In this document: positions 32,462 to 43,180 of the stretch, piece after piece
Numbering within the stretch: the stretch's first letter is position 1
How the letters are laid out: each line of letters begins with the position of its first letter
Assembly (NCBI GenBank): GCA_038131935.1
Contig: JAYPQH010000022.1
Coordinates: forward strand, 32,001-96,000
From: Alphaproteobacteria bacterium
GTDB lineage: Bacteria; Pseudomonadota; Alphaproteobacteria; UBA8317
Direction of reading: 5' to 3'
Length of the DNA stretch: 64,000 bases
Notes under the pieces: generated by a model
What the model was told of the DNA's origin: nothing
Seen by the model: only the letters and a program-made list of their open reading frames with translations
Databases searched by the model: none
Position numbers and translations under genes: made by a program

Positions 32462-32563
32462 AATTCCCTCAAAACTTCTCAAAAAACCTATCTCACACTG
32501 TCGCTATAGATGGCAGGCGTTAAGACAGCAGCTAAATCTTCACACACTCAATCCATTCTCAAC

Positions 32564-32595
32564 AAAAAAAAGCGGGTCACGCGACGCGAGCCCAC
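32564..32595 (-). terminator. rimP-leader premature terminator
   Basis: Minus strand GTGGGCTCGCGTCGCGTGACCCGC-TTTTTTTT, about 100 nt upstream of rimP. Confidence 0.8.
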
Positions 32596-32692
32596 CTCAA
32601 TCAATCGATCGACAATGTGAGGGTCCAATGACATATATTTTTTAACTTGGCAAGAAAACTCTTAAAATTTTGACTGGTCAAACAGTTTTGTA

Positions 32693-33400
32693 TCAAGAAG
32701 ACGCAACACAGTGAAACGTTAAATAACAAGGCTTACGGCCCTCACGGATGGCTTTTTTCTCATATCTCGTTCCCGGCCAGCCTTCATAAGACTGATTCCA
32801 AGATCCTGCACCTTCTACCAACCAGCGCAGTTGTGGGACGTTTCTTTGATGCCTAAGAACCCAAGATATGTAGTCTGGGATATCAGATGCGATCTGTAGC
32901 ATTCCACCCTCACGCAAAACTTTGGCCACGGCTTGCAAGGTATCAGTTTGTACAAAACGTCGTTTGTGATGCCGTAATTTTGGCCAAGGGTCTGGGTAAA
33001 GAATTGTCACCTGGTCTAAACAGTTAGGTTTCAAATGGTGCAAAACGTCTCGCGCGTCGCCATTATACAGACGCACATTCTCAAGGTCATGGCGGGACAA
33101 CTCTCGCACCATTTTGGCCATACCGTTGGTGAATGGCTCAACCCCTATAAAACCTGTATCTGGGCTCTGTTGTGCCCGCACCAACAAATGTTCGCCCCCA
33201 CCAAAACCAATTTCTAAACCATACATATGGCTATGGGGAAATACTCTTTTGAGATCGATAGGGGAGGGAATGTTATGATGAAAAAGCTCATATTTGGGGT
33301 AGTCAACAGATAGCATCTGTGCCAAGCCTTGGCGCAATGGTTTCCCCTTTCGTCTTCCAAAGATCGTTTTTTTTACAATCTTTTCGTTACGTTCTTCCAT
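32693..33400 (-). CDS. trmB: tRNA (guanine-N7)-methyltransferase
   Basis: LEIGFGGGEH, YPDPWPK..HHKRR and TRYEKKA. Start set at MEERN. Confidence 0.96.
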   Translation of the reverse strand: MEERNEKIVKKTIFGRRKGKPLRQGLAQMLSVDYPKYELFHHNIPSPIDLKRVFPHSHMYGLEIGFGGGEHLLVRAQQSPDTGFIGVEPFTNGMAKMVRELSRHDLENVRLYNGDARDVLHHLKPNCLDQVTILYPDPWPKLRHHKRRFVQTDTLQAVAKVLREGGMLQIASDIPDYISWVLRHQRNVPQLRWLVEGAGSWNQSYEGWPGTRYEKKAIREGRKPCYLTFHCVASS

Positions 33401-34875
33401 AAACCAATCCTTAATACCAAAACCCACAGACCCAACCACAGACCAAAAATAAGATCCCCAAATCGTGCAAACCAAGTCATGTCATAACGACCTGGAACCC
33501 AACTATCAACGACCCCAGTTTCCAATAAATCAAGCGATGAAACCACATAGCCTTGTGCATCAATAACCGCTGAAATACCTGTATTTGCAGCTCTCAGCAG
33601 CGGAAGTCCTGTTTCAATGGCACGAAATCTTGCCGCAACCAAATGTTGATGAGGGCCATTCGAACGGCCAAACCATGCATCATTTGTAACGTTAATAATC
33701 ACATCACGTTGTTTTGGTCGTCCTTCTGGGAACGCAGCTTCAAAACATATTAAAGGCACCACCTGTAACCCTGTTCTGTTAAGGGTTATTTTTTGTTGTG
33801 CAGTCCCCGCCACGAAATCAACACGCATAGGAAATAGCGTACGCAAACCCAAAGGTTCCAAAATAAATTGTAAAGGTAACCTCTCGCCAAAGGGAACAAG
33901 TCGCCTTTTCGCGTAGACTTGATCAATATTGCCCTGCGGATCAAATGTAACAATGGCATTACGTACCTGGCGCCTATCATGAGGAGCAAAAAGAACCTGA
34001 CCGCCAATAAAGTCATAAGAGCCGGACTGAAAATTGATAAATTGCCTCCTCAACTCAGGATATTGCTCGATATCTACAGGAAGTGCATTTTCAGGCAAAA
34101 TGAGCACATCATAATCACCCGGCAACTCACCCAATTGAACCATTTTTGCAATATGATTATCCAGCAGTTCTGCCTTCCATTTCATATCCTGTGGGATAGA
34201 TGGCTGCATGATACGTGCCCTATATTCCGTTGCTGGTGGAAGCGGCCGTTGCCATCCCCAATAATGCATGCCCAAAAAAACAAGAGGCACAAAAATAGTG
34301 AGCCATCGACGTCTTTTCTCAATTCCCACCAACCAGCATGTCAACAACAAACCAAAGCAAAGTGGTAGCGTATGAGCCCCCATAACAGATGCCCATTGCG
34401 CCAATGCCGTGTCAGCAAATGCATAAGCTTGCAGATTCCATGGAAATCCGCCCAAAACAAGCCGACGGCATAATTCACCTAGACTGAGCGCCACAATTAT
34501 CCGCGCAACGGAGGCTGCATAAGAAGGCGTTTTTTTATACAAAAAAGAAAAGGAAAGAACATCTGTAAGCGCTAAGATCAGTGCAAGTGCGCAAACAGCA
34601 ATGATGCGCAAATGACCAAATTGCTGCGCATCAATTAAGAATGCCTCGCCAATCCATCCATATCCTAACAAAGAAGCCACAAAAGCAGACAGAAAAACCA
34701 CATAAAGAAAATCTCTACGCGCCAAAGTCCTCTGCATCAAATATCCGTAACCCATCCAGACCAACGGAACAGAAAACCACAGAGGATTGGGTGCATGTCC
34801 TGAATGCCGAAGCAAACCAATCCCACAAGCCGCCAATAGGAGAAACCATAGAGGCAATGGTTTTACAGCGATCAT
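33373..34875 (-). CDS. lnt: Apolipoprotein N-acyltransferase
   Basis: GFPWN, PE, YAKRRLVPFGE, ICFE, TNDAWFG and RAANTGIS. Confidence 0.95.
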   Translation of the reverse strand: MIAVKPLPLWFLLLAACGIGLLRHSGHAPNPLWFSVPLVWMGYGYLMQRTLARRDFLYVVFLSAFVASLLGYGWIGEAFLIDAQQFGHLRIIAVCALALILALTDVLSFSFLYKKTPSYAASVARIIVALSLGELCRRLVLGGFPWNLQAYAFADTALAQWASVMGAHTLPLCFGLLLTCWLVGIEKRRRWLTIFVPLVFLGMHYWGWQRPLPPATEYRARIMQPSIPQDMKWKAELLDNHIAKMVQLGELPGDYDVLILPENALPVDIEQYPELRRQFINFQSGSYDFIGGQVLFAPHDRRQVRNAIVTFDPQGNIDQVYAKRRLVPFGERLPLQFILEPLGLRTLFPMRVDFVAGTAQQKITLNRTGLQVVPLICFEAAFPEGRPKQRDVIINVTNDAWFGRSNGPHQHLVAARFRAIETGLPLLRAANTGISAVIDAQGYVVSSLDLLETGVVDSWVPGRYDMTWFARFGDLIFGLWLGLWVLVLRIGLWKNVTKRL

Positions 34876-34895
34876 GGTTCCTCGCGATCAACAGT

Positions 34896-35756
34896 TCAAT
34901 GTGATTTTTCTCTCTGGTCTGGATCTATTTTGTTCACACGCACGCGTTTAATACGTCTAGGATCAGCATCTTCCACCACGATTTCAAACCCTGCATCAAC
35001 AACTGGTATAATTTCACCGCGCACCGGAACACGTCCTGTCAAGGAAAACACCAGACCACCCAAGGTATCAACCTCATCTTTCATCTCCGCATCGAGCGTA
35101 ATTCCAGAAAATTGTTCAAACTCATCTAATTCTGTGCGCGCATCTGCGAGGTAACTTTGAGAACCATGTTTCACAATCATCTTGTCGTCATGTGCATCAT
35201 GTTCATCTTCAATTTCACCTACAATTTGCTCAACGAGATCCTCCAAGGTCACCAACCCATCTGTACCGCCATACTCATCAATCACGAGAGCCATATGAAT
35301 CCTCGTTACTTGCATTATGTTCAACAGATCTAACGCAGACATTGAAGGTGGAACAAAGAGTATTTCGCGGCGGTGGCGACTTAGTTGAAATGCAGATTCA
35401 TCTTCCGGAGCTTCAAGACCAATCAAATCTTTTACATGTATAAGCCCTATCGGATTGTCTAAAGATCGCTGGTATAAAGGCATACGGGAATGACCCGAAG
35501 CACGAAAACTTTCCACAACATCAGAGAAGTCCTCTTGCTCTTCAAGAGCATCAATCTCTGCGCGTGGCACCATGATATTAGCCAACCGAACACGCGACAA
35601 CGTAAGTACGTTAACCAGCATTATCCGTTCTTCACGCAACAAACTGGCGTCTTTATCTGACTCAACCAAATGTTGGATTTTTTTTCGTAAGTCCATATTC
35701 TTCATATGCCGACGAAATCCTAAAAATTTTCTTAAGCCTAACGTCTGCATGATCAC
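34896..35756 (-). CDS. corC: CBS/CorC-HlyC Mg/Co transport-associated protein
   Basis: GHSRMP, DEYGGTDGLVTLEDLVEQIVGEIEDEHD and DTLGG. Confidence 0.9.
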   Translation of the reverse strand: MIMQTLGLRKFLGFRRHMKNMDLRKKIQHLVESDKDASLLREERIMLVNVLTLSRVRLANIMVPRAEIDALEEQEDFSDVVESFRASGHSRMPLYQRSLDNPIGLIHVKDLIGLEAPEDESAFQLSRHRREILFVPPSMSALDLLNIMQVTRIHMALVIDEYGGTDGLVTLEDLVEQIVGEIEDEHDAHDDKMIVKHGSQSYLADARTELDEFEQFSGITLDAEMKDEVDTLGGLVFSLTGRVPVRGEIIPVVDAGFEIVVEDADPRRIKRVRVNKIDPDQREKSH

Positions 35757-36256
35757 ACTCCATCACCAACATATGGATCTGGAATTGAAAAATGACACAG
35801 GAGATCTCTCTCTTTTTGTTCCATTATGGCTGCATCCTTCTCGCTCTCATGATCATATCCAAGTAAGTGCAGAAGCCCATGCAGCAACAGATGCGTTGCA
35901 TGATCTAATAAAGATTTTTTCTGCTTAATCGCCTCTTCAGCGACAACATCAAACGACAATATGACATCACCCAAACCCTCACACCCCGGAAATGCGGCTG
36001 GAATGGGAAATGATAAAACATTCGTTGGCTTTTGTTGGCCGCGAAACTGGCTGTTTAAATCCATCACCAGTTGATTGTTTGACAAATGCAAAGTTGCCTG
36101 TTGACCCGCGGCCAAATGGTTCAAAAAAAAGCGAAAGCGTTCATGCAAAATAGACGATACATGACACCATCTCGGATCATCAACTTCCTCAGCTTCCTCA
36201 TGTGATCCGGGCATATCTCGACCAGCATTCAATGCATCACCAGAATATTGGGTCAT
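35753..36256 (-). CDS. ybeY: rRNA maturation endonuclease
   Basis: KPTNVLSFP, LGDV and HGLLHLLGYDH. Confidence 0.95.
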   Translation of the reverse strand: MTQYSGDALNAGRDMPGSHEEAEEVDDPRWCHVSSILHERFRFFLNHLAAGQQATLHLSNNQLVMDLNSQFRGQQKPTNVLSFPIPAAFPGCEGLGDVILSFDVVAEEAIKQKKSLLDHATHLLLHGLLHLLGYDHESEKDAAIMEQKERDLLCHFSIPDPYVGDGV

Positions 36257-37224
36257 GACAACAATTTGCCCTCTTTTGCAGCATACGCCTTAACAATACG
36301 CTCAACCAGTGGATGACGCACAACATCTTCATTGGTAAAAGAAATATGCCCCACCCCTTGGACATTTTTTAACAAATCCACCGCATCCATTAGGCCTGAC
36401 TTAGAGCCTAACGGTAGATCTACTTGAGAGGGATCACCTGTAATCGCCATACGACTATTTTCACCAAGTCGTGTTAAAAACATTTTCATTTGTACCGGTG
36501 TACAATTTTGTGCCTCATCAAGAATAACAAAGGCATTGGCCAAGGTCCGCCCTCGCATAAATGCCAGGGGAGCAACCTCTATCTCTCCTGATTCCAATTT
36601 ACGCGCAACTTGCTCTGCTGGCATCATGTCATACAAGGCGTCATACAAAGGACGCAGATAGGGATCGACTTTCTCACGCATATCCCCTGGCAAAAAACCA
36701 AGACGTTCCCCTGCCTCGACGGCTGGACGTGATAGAATGAGACGGTCAACCACGCCATCAAGCAGCATTGCAGCGGCCATAGCCACCGCTAGATATGTTT
36801 TGCCTGTTCCCGCAGGCCCAATTCCAAATACAAGTTCGTGTGTTTTCAATTGATCAAAATAAATAGCTTGATTTTTTGATCTTGGTTCAATGGAACGCTT
36901 TTTGATGGCAACCTTGCTTCGAGACTCTGTTACAAAAGATGCCCCACGATCAAATTCCTGTGCGGACATTCCTAAACCCATCTGCAATTTTTCATAATTC
37001 TTTTGAAGTATGCTTGCAGCTTTAGAACAGGCGTCATGGTCACCTTGGATATGTACCTGGTTCCCACGAGCTACGATTTGGATATCAAGTGATTTTTCTA
37101 ATTTTACAAGATTGACCTCGTGCTGCCCAAACAACTCTGGCAGCAGCTTATTATCGTCAAACTGCATGATTTGCCCAGACTTAGCGGTATCCAATTGTGG
37201 CTTTTTTCGATCTTTCCGGCTCAC
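36253..37224 (-). CDS. phoH: PhoH/YbeZ-family ATPase
   Basis: [22 protein letters not shown] and DEAQN. Confidence 0.95.
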   Translation of the reverse strand: MSRKDRKKPQLDTAKSGQIMQFDDNKLLPELFGQHEVNLVKLEKSLDIQIVARGNQVHIQGDHDACSKAASILQKNYEKLQMGLGMSAQEFDRGASFVTESRSKVAIKKRSIEPRSKNQAIYFDQLKTHELVFGIGPAGTGKTYLAVAMAAAMLLDGVVDRLILSRPAVEAGERLGFLPGDMREKVDPYLRPLYDALYDMMPAEQVARKLESGEIEVAPLAFMRGRTLANAFVILDEAQNCTPVQMKMFLTRLGENSRMAITGDPSQVDLPLGSKSGLMDAVDLLKNVQGVGHISFTNEDVVRHPLVERIVKAYAAKEGKLLS

Positions 37225-38576
37225 CGTAAAGGTCCCACTCTTTTCCCTGACAAAGAATTTTTCTCAACAGCATCAATTTGAACTGTCACAATTTTTCCTA
37301 TGTCATCACTCTGCCCTTGCAAAAAAACAGCTTGTAAAAAAGGTGATTTCCCAACAACTTGCCCAGGGTGACGCCCTGGTTTTTCCACAAGGACTTCCAA
37401 TTCTTGGCCTAAAAGGTTCTGCGCAAAGCGCTGGTTTTGCCTATGCAACTCTTCCTGTAGGATTGCTAATCGCTCTGTTTTCACGTTTTCTGACACCTGT
37501 TTGGGCATTACTGAACCAGGTGTACCTGGTCTTCGCGAATATTTAAAGGAAAAGGCTTGAACATAGCCAATTTCTTTCACTATTTTCATGGTTTGATCAA
37601 AATCATCATCGGTTTCACCAGGGAAACCTACGATAAAATCAGAGGACAGTGCCAAATCAGGACGAACATTACGTATTTTATCAATAATTTGGCGATAAAA
37701 ATTGACATCATGACCACGATTCATTGCTGTCAAAATACGGTCTGAACCAGATTGAATCGGCAAATGAAGATAAGGCATGAGTGCGGGAACCTCTCCATGT
37801 GCCTTGATCAACTCTTCATCCATATCTCTGGGGTGGGATGTGGTATATCTAATGCGCTCCAACCTTTCGATATCAGCCAATTCAAGGATAAGGCGCCCTA
37901 AACCCCATTCTTTCCCTGAATGTGCGCGCCCATGATAAGCATTCACGTTCTGGCCTAACAACGTGACCTCCCGTACCCCGGAGTTCACCAATTGCTTGAC
38001 TTCATCTATGATATCTTGAGCTGGCCGAGAGACTTCAGCCCCACGTGTGTAGGGTACCACACAAAAGGTACAAAACTTGTCGCATCCCTCTTGAACTGTA
38101 ACAAATGCAGAAGGTGCACTTACATTTCGAGGTGTAGAGATTTCGTCAAATTTTGACTCCACAGGAAAATCGGTATCTAGCACCGCACCTTTCTGTCGTG
38201 ATCGCTGTGCTAATAGTTCTGGCAAGCGGTGATAGGATTGCGGTCCTACAACCACATCAACCGATGGGGCACGACGAACAATTTCCTCACCCTCAGCTTG
38301 GGCCACACAACCTGCTACAGCAATGGTCACAGCTTCTGATGATTTTTCATGGATATGACGCAACCGACCGATTTCAGAATAGACTTTTTCCGCGGCTTTT
38401 TCTCTAATATGACAGGTATTCAGGATAATAAGTTCAGCTTGCTCCGGCTTTTCAGTTGTTTCATAACCCAATGGAGCCAGCAAATCAGCCATGCGTTCTG
38501 AATCATAAACATTCATTTGGCATCCGTAGGTCTTTATAAAAAGTTTTTTCGTCTGTGGGTTCGTCAAATCTATCAC
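37221..38576 (-). CDS. miaB: tRNA-i6A37 methylthiotransferase
   Basis: [28 protein letters not shown] and a TRAM domain. Confidence 0.98.
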   Translation of the reverse strand: MIDLTNPQTKKLFIKTYGCQMNVYDSERMADLLAPLGYETTEKPEQAELIILNTCHIREKAAEKVYSEIGRLRHIHEKSSEAVTIAVAGCVAQAEGEEIVRRAPSVDVVVGPQSYHRLPELLAQRSRQKGAVLDTDFPVESKFDEISTPRNVSAPSAFVTVQEGCDKFCTFCVVPYTRGAEVSRPAQDIIDEVKQLVNSGVREVTLLGQNVNAYHGRAHSGKEWGLGRLILELADIERLERIRYTTSHPRDMDEELIKAHGEVPALMPYLHLPIQSGSDRILTAMNRGHDVNFYRQIIDKIRNVRPDLALSSDFIVGFPGETDDDFDQTMKIVKEIGYVQAFSFKYSRRPGTPGSVMPKQVSENVKTERLAILQEELHRQNQRFAQNLLGQELEVLVEKPGRHPGQVVGKSPFLQAVFLQGQSDDIGKIVTVQIDAVEKNSLSGKRVGPLR

Positions 38577-38600
38577 CAGTTTGTTTCTATACTTTCGTTA

Positions 38601-39395
38601 TCACGCCGCATCTTTGGTCAATACATCTTGGCGTGCATCCCGACGAAGCTGCTCTAATCCGGCCCTTATCTCTTCATGGGCGATGCGTGCAAGAACTTTA
38701 CGATCATGGTTTGATGCATAAAGCGGTTCAAATATCTTTATGGTGACGTCTACTGGTCCTAGCCGTAGAAAATCCCAGAGATGAGGCAACAGGCTCATGT
38801 CTGCGTACCATCCAATCGTTGGGTGCTCGTCGCGCAAGATCGGGAGACCATAGCGACGCTGATAGCAAACGCATACTGGATATATGGGCATATCCGGGTA
38901 AGCTTCAGCTACAGAAAACAACGAGGATCGAAAAGGTAAAACATGAATGCCTCTGCCAGATGTCCCCTCGGCAAAGATTAACATGATATCACCATCACCC
39001 AGCCTTGACGCAATTGAATCGCGCTGCGCTGTTAGCTGTTTTTCACGTCGGCGTGAAATAAATATTGTGCGCTGAAGACGTGCCAAACGGTTAAATACAG
39101 GCCATTTATCAATTTCCGCTTTGGCCACAAAAGACAATGGCGCAGAGACAGAAAGTACAGGTATGTCTAACCAGCCTTGATGATTAGCAATAAATAACGC
39201 AGGGCCCTTTTGAGGCGCGTCACCAACCACTGTGACCTTTATACCCATAATCTTTAACAAAATATGATGAAAGAATTTGGGAAATGTTTTTCGCCAAGTT
39301 GGAAAGAATTTGTCATTCACGACCTGAATAGGAATACAAATCAAGAGCCATAGAATGATACCAATAATCAAAGCTGACGCGCGAAAATGTCCCAT
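38601..39395 (-). CDS. olsA: Lyso-ornithine-lipid O-acyltransferase (PlsC family), OlsA-like
   Basis: NHQGWLD (HX4D), FVAK, FAEGTS and WYADM.L.PH; directly upstream of miaB, as for rhizobial olsA. Confidence 0.72.
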   Translation of the reverse strand: MGHFRASALIIGIILWLLICIPIQVVNDKFFPTWRKTFPKFFHHILLKIMGIKVTVVGDAPQKGPALFIANHQGWLDIPVLSVSAPLSFVAKAEIDKWPVFNRLARLQRTIFISRRREKQLTAQRDSIASRLGDGDIMLIFAEGTSGRGIHVLPFRSSLFSVAEAYPDMPIYPVCVCYQRRYGLPILRDEHPTIGWYADMSLLPHLWDFLRLGPVDVTIKIFEPLYASNHDRKVLARIAHEEIRAGLEQLRRDARQDVLTKDAA

Positions 39396-39403
39396 AAATT
39401 AAC

Positions 39404-39884
39404 TCAGTTTGTTTTTCCACGCATAGAACCAAGACCTATATCCTTGGCAACCTGTTGACGACGTCGCGTATAGCTTGGCGCAACAATAGGATGTTCTTTA
39501 CTTAATGACCAAATTTCACGGTAAGATTTTTCATCCAGATTATGTGCAGACATCAAATGCCTGCGGAGCGTTTTCATTTGGGCACCGCATTTCTAAGCAC
39601 ACGACATAAGCATCCGTAACGGACGCGGCTATTTCCACCGCCGGCTTACGTTGAGCGTCCCTACTTCCATCTGCTGCTTCATCTGACGTTACAGTTGCAA
39701 TGGTATCCATCAAGGGTAAATGGCCATCATTTGAAACGTTTTCGCCTTTAAGTGCGTCACGAATAGCTGCAACTAGATGCGGCAGCTGTTTGTGATCAAC
39801 ATTATTATTTGTAACATAAGCAGATAAAATTTCTGATACTGCGTCGAGTAATGCGAGTTCAACCTCTACTTTAAGTGTCGTCAT
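39404..39884 (-). pseudogene. mucR: Ros/MucR zinc-finger regulator with a +1 frameshift (probable sequence error)
   Basis: Removing one base from the T run at 39590-39592 restores VVCLECGAQMKTLRRHLMSAH...YREIWSL...PIVAPSY, ending at TGA 39404-39406. Confidence 0.88.
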
Positions 39885-39900
39885 TTTTTAAAAATAATCC

Positions 39901-40332
39901 TTATAATTTATTATTAGTATTTTTATGGTCAGCAATTTGTAAGGTCATATCATAAGCATCATTTGTCTTTCCAGTAGTATGATCACGATAATACTTATAT
40001 CTTGTACGATTTTGGACAAATCCTAACTTTTGATACAAAGAGATAGCATTCTCATTTGTTGTATCCACTTCACAATGTAGTCTTTGTACAACCTTTTGCT
40101 TCACAAAATAATCTAGTGAGCATGTTAACAGCGATGTACCTATACCCCTATTGCGGTGGTGGGGAGCAACCCATAGCCACATCAAATCAGCATCTTCCAA
40201 CTGCATACGCCACCAGATCACGGCATCTAAGCCTTCCCATGTCCATAAAAAATCCGACGATAAAATGGGGCCAGGGGGGGCACCAGATGTTAGAAGAATG
40301 CAACTGTCAGAAGCTAGAGGAACCATGGTCAT
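39901..40332 (-). CDS. rimI: RimI-like GNAT acetyltransferase
   Basis: VAPHHRNRGIG, EVDTTNENAISLYQKLGF and R.KYY; ATGA overlap with tsaB. Confidence 0.7.
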   Translation of the reverse strand: MTMVPLASDSCILLTSGAPPGPILSSDFLWTWEGLDAVIWWRMQLEDADLMWLWVAPHHRNRGIGTSLLTCSLDYFVKQKVVQRLHCEVDTTNENAISLYQKLGFVQNRTRYKYYRDHTTGKTNDAYDMTLQIADHKNTNNKL

Positions 40333-40877
40333 GTTTGTGTAAGCCAAGGAGGTAAGGCTGGAGCAATCGCATCCGGTGGACGCACATATAGAGGTTTAAT
40401 GGGCAAAGTAAGTGCCTGCGATTGAAAAAATGCACGTGGATGAAGATTTTCATCTTCATTGATACGTCTCGCTTGAGACTCTTTTTGCGCCCTTAGATGT
40501 GGCTCTTTCAAAAACCCATCCTTGTGAGGCACAGCCTCTATGATGTCGCGTTCGCCTTGTGCGAAGCCTAACAGCTCCCCTTCATTTGTGTGACATAAAT
40601 GGAAAAGGGTTGTTGTTGTCACAGGAATATTAAGACCGAAAGCGAGACCTTGCGCATAAGCAAGACCAGATCTGAGGGCTGTAAAACCGCCAGGCCCTAA
40701 GCAAACCCTTATCTCGGTTACATCAGAATTGGTCACACCAAGCTCTTCAAGCAAATTTTGAAATGCAATGGGCAACATTTCAGCAAGGTGATTGCCGATA
40801 TCTGCCCAAACAAGCCGATTGCCGTCACCGAGGATAACGGCATGGGCATAGCCTGCTGTTTGTATCCCTAATTTCAT
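40329..40877 (-). CDS. tsaB: tRNA threonylcarbamoyladenosine biosynthesis protein TsaB (divergent)
   Basis: GPGGFTALRSG.A.AQGLA and C-terminal PLYVRPPDA. Confidence 0.88.
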   Translation of the reverse strand: MKLGIQTAGYAHAVILGDGNRLVWADIGNHLAEMLPIAFQNLLEELGVTNSDVTEIRVCLGPGGFTALRSGLAYAQGLAFGLNIPVTTTTLFHLCHTNEGELLGFAQGERDIIEAVPHKDGFLKEPHLRAQKESQARRINEDENLHPRAFFQSQALTLPIKPLYVRPPDAIAPALPPWLTQT

Positions 40878-40878
40878 A

Positions 40879-41424
40879 TTAGGCTTGGCGCACCTCAATC
40901 ACATCAGGAACCTGCCGTCTCAGCATATTTTCAATTCCATGTTTCAATGTCATGGTCGCCGATGGACAACCTGCGCAAGCGCCTTGCATGGAAAGATATA
41001 CAATGCCTTTTTCAAATCCTACCAACGTCACATCTCCACCATCTCTTGCAACAGCAGGGCGAATATACGTGTCAATTACCGAGCGAATTTTGGCAGTCAC
41101 CTCATCATCATCAGCGCCCACTACCTCTTGATCATCGCCATCTTGGATAACGGGTGCGCCAGACATAAAGTGATCCATGATCGCCCCCAGCACAGATGGC
41201 TTCAGATGCGACCAATGCCAATCCTCCACCTTTGTGACAGAGATAAAATCACCACCCAAAAAGACGGCGTTCACACCTTCTAGCGCCAAAAGCCTCTGGG
41301 CTAATGGCGAAAATGTAAGGTCATCACCTTCCACAAATGTAACGGCCTTTTCAGGAGATACATCACGGCCTGGCAAAAATTTTACAGTTGCTGGATTAGG
41401 GGTCTCTTCAGTTTGAATAAACAT
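40879..41424 (-). CDS. nfuA: NifU/Nfu-type Fe-S carrier
   Basis: MFIQTEETPNP, IRPAVARDGGD and GACAGCPS. Confidence 0.9.
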   Translation of the reverse strand: MFIQTEETPNPATVKFLPGRDVSPEKAVTFVEGDDLTFSPLAQRLLALEGVNAVFLGGDFISVTKVEDWHWSHLKPSVLGAIMDHFMSGAPVIQDGDDQEVVGADDDEVTAKIRSVIDTYIRPAVARDGGDVTLVGFEKGIVYLSMQGACAGCPSATMTLKHGIENMLRRQVPDVIEVRQA

Positions 41425-41436
41425 AGTATGCTCCGC

Positions 41437-41910
41437 TTACGTCAACTCATCAATTTGTAAATCAGTTAGATGGCCAGGTACGATCGATATGGGGACACGC
41501 AGTCCTCCTGACAACTCGCCGGCCAATGAAACCACCAAAGGTCCAGGGCCTTCGCCATCGGTTGCAGCACCGAGTACAAGAATTCTTATGTCTTTATCCT
41601 CATCCAATTCCGCAAGAACCTCGTCCCGCACGCGCCCTTCGCGGATAACATATTCAACCGGAATTTCGGCAACCGCATGTATTTCATCTGCAAGATCTGA
41701 AAGAAGCGCTTCGGCAGCGGCACGCGCTTCATCACGCATCATCTCTTTCACACCAAGCCAATGTTCAAACGATGGTGCATCCAAAACACTCAAAAGCTTA
41801 ATGACACCGTCAGTGCGCTCTCCTCTTCTTATGGCGAACCTGAGGGCTTTACGGCATTCAGGCGTGTCATCCACCACCACCATGAACTTTCTCGCAACCT
41901 TAGATGTCAT
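41437..41910 (-). CDS. Universal stress protein
   Basis: KFMVVVDDTPEC, LVLGA...GPGPLV and PISIVPG. Confidence 0.9.
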   Translation of the reverse strand: MTSKVARKFMVVVDDTPECRKALRFAIRRGERTDGVIKLLSVLDAPSFEHWLGVKEMMRDEARAAAEALLSDLADEIHAVAEIPVEYVIREGRVRDEVLAELDEDKDIRILVLGAATDGEGPGPLVVSLAGELSGGLRVPISIVPGHLTDLQIDELT

Positions 41911-42005
41911 TACATCAACCTTTTCGCCAAACCAGATTTCCATCCTCTTAAGTATGGGGAGAAGCGTTCAGGAATAAAAGCCCAAAACGAAACACTTCTC
42001 TGGTT

Positions 42006-43018
42006 TTAAGGCGAGACTGGTCTTGATAACCCCATCTTTTCATACACAAGATCACGTGTTGTTTGGGCAATCTGTGATGCTTTGACGGCCCCATCATACA
42101 AAATATTGTTCATATGTTCTGGGTCCGCCTGCAAACGTTTCATTTCCGCACTGATAGGGGACAAATGATGGACAAGTGCGTCTGTAAGCGCTGGTTTAAA
42201 TACAGAGAATTGTGATCCTCCATATTCTTTCAGAACATCAGCGATCGAACGATCTGTAATTGCAGCCATAATACCTACCAGGTTTTTGGCTTCCAAACGG
42301 CCTTCGAGACCTTTTTCTTCAGATGGTAAAGCATCAGGATCTGTCGTCGCACGACGGATCTTCAATGCAATAGCGTCTTGATCATCATTCAAATGAACCC
42401 TTGAGGCCTCAGACGGATCAGATTTTGACATTTTTTGGAACCATCACGTAAAGACATGACCCGTGCGGCTTCAGGAAGGACCAATGTTTCTGGCTCTGGC
42501 AATAAGTTTTCAGCATCAAAGTCTGTGTTAAATTTCCGCGCAATATCACGTGCCAATTCCAAATGTTGACGCTGATCTTCACCCACAGGGACATGGGTTG
42601 AACGGTAAGCAAGAATATCTGCTGCCATGAGTACAGGATAGGTAAATAAACCAACTGAGGCATTTTCCCGATGTTTTCCTGCCTTTTCTTTAAACTGCGT
42701 CATACGGTTCAACCATCCCATCCTGGCGACACAATTAAGTGCCCAGGCCAATTCCGCATGCACCCCCACACGTGATTGGTTGAATAAAATTGCGCGTTGT
42801 GGGTCAACACCTGAGGCGACGAATGCCATGGCAACCTCTAATGTTGAACGACGTAAGGCATCAGGATCATGGGCAACGGTAATGGCATGTAAATCTACCA
42901 CACAATAAATACATTCATGGCTATCTTGTAATGCCACGAACTGACGAATGGCACCTAGATAATTGCCCAAATGCAATTGTCCTGTTGGCTGAACCCCAGA
43001 AAATACGCGTGTTGTCAT
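42006..43018 (-). pseudogene. trpS: Tryptophan--tRNA ligase with a -1 frameshift at the KMSKS motif (probable sequence error)
   Basis: [14 protein letters not shown] and VPVGEDQ are present. The run at 42431-42436 has six A on the coding strand where seven are needed for KKMSKS. Confidence 0.93.
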
Positions 43019-43180
43019 GGCCTGTCCCTACCTTACCGCCCTACCTTAAAATGGCATACGCTGTTTGAAGCATTCACGTGCTAACGATTGGCCCAAACAA
43101 GGACCTGGGGTCAAGGTTTCGTTTTTTAAAGCCAATATTCTAAAACTCTAGAATTTCACGATCTTTATATTTCATGCCTT

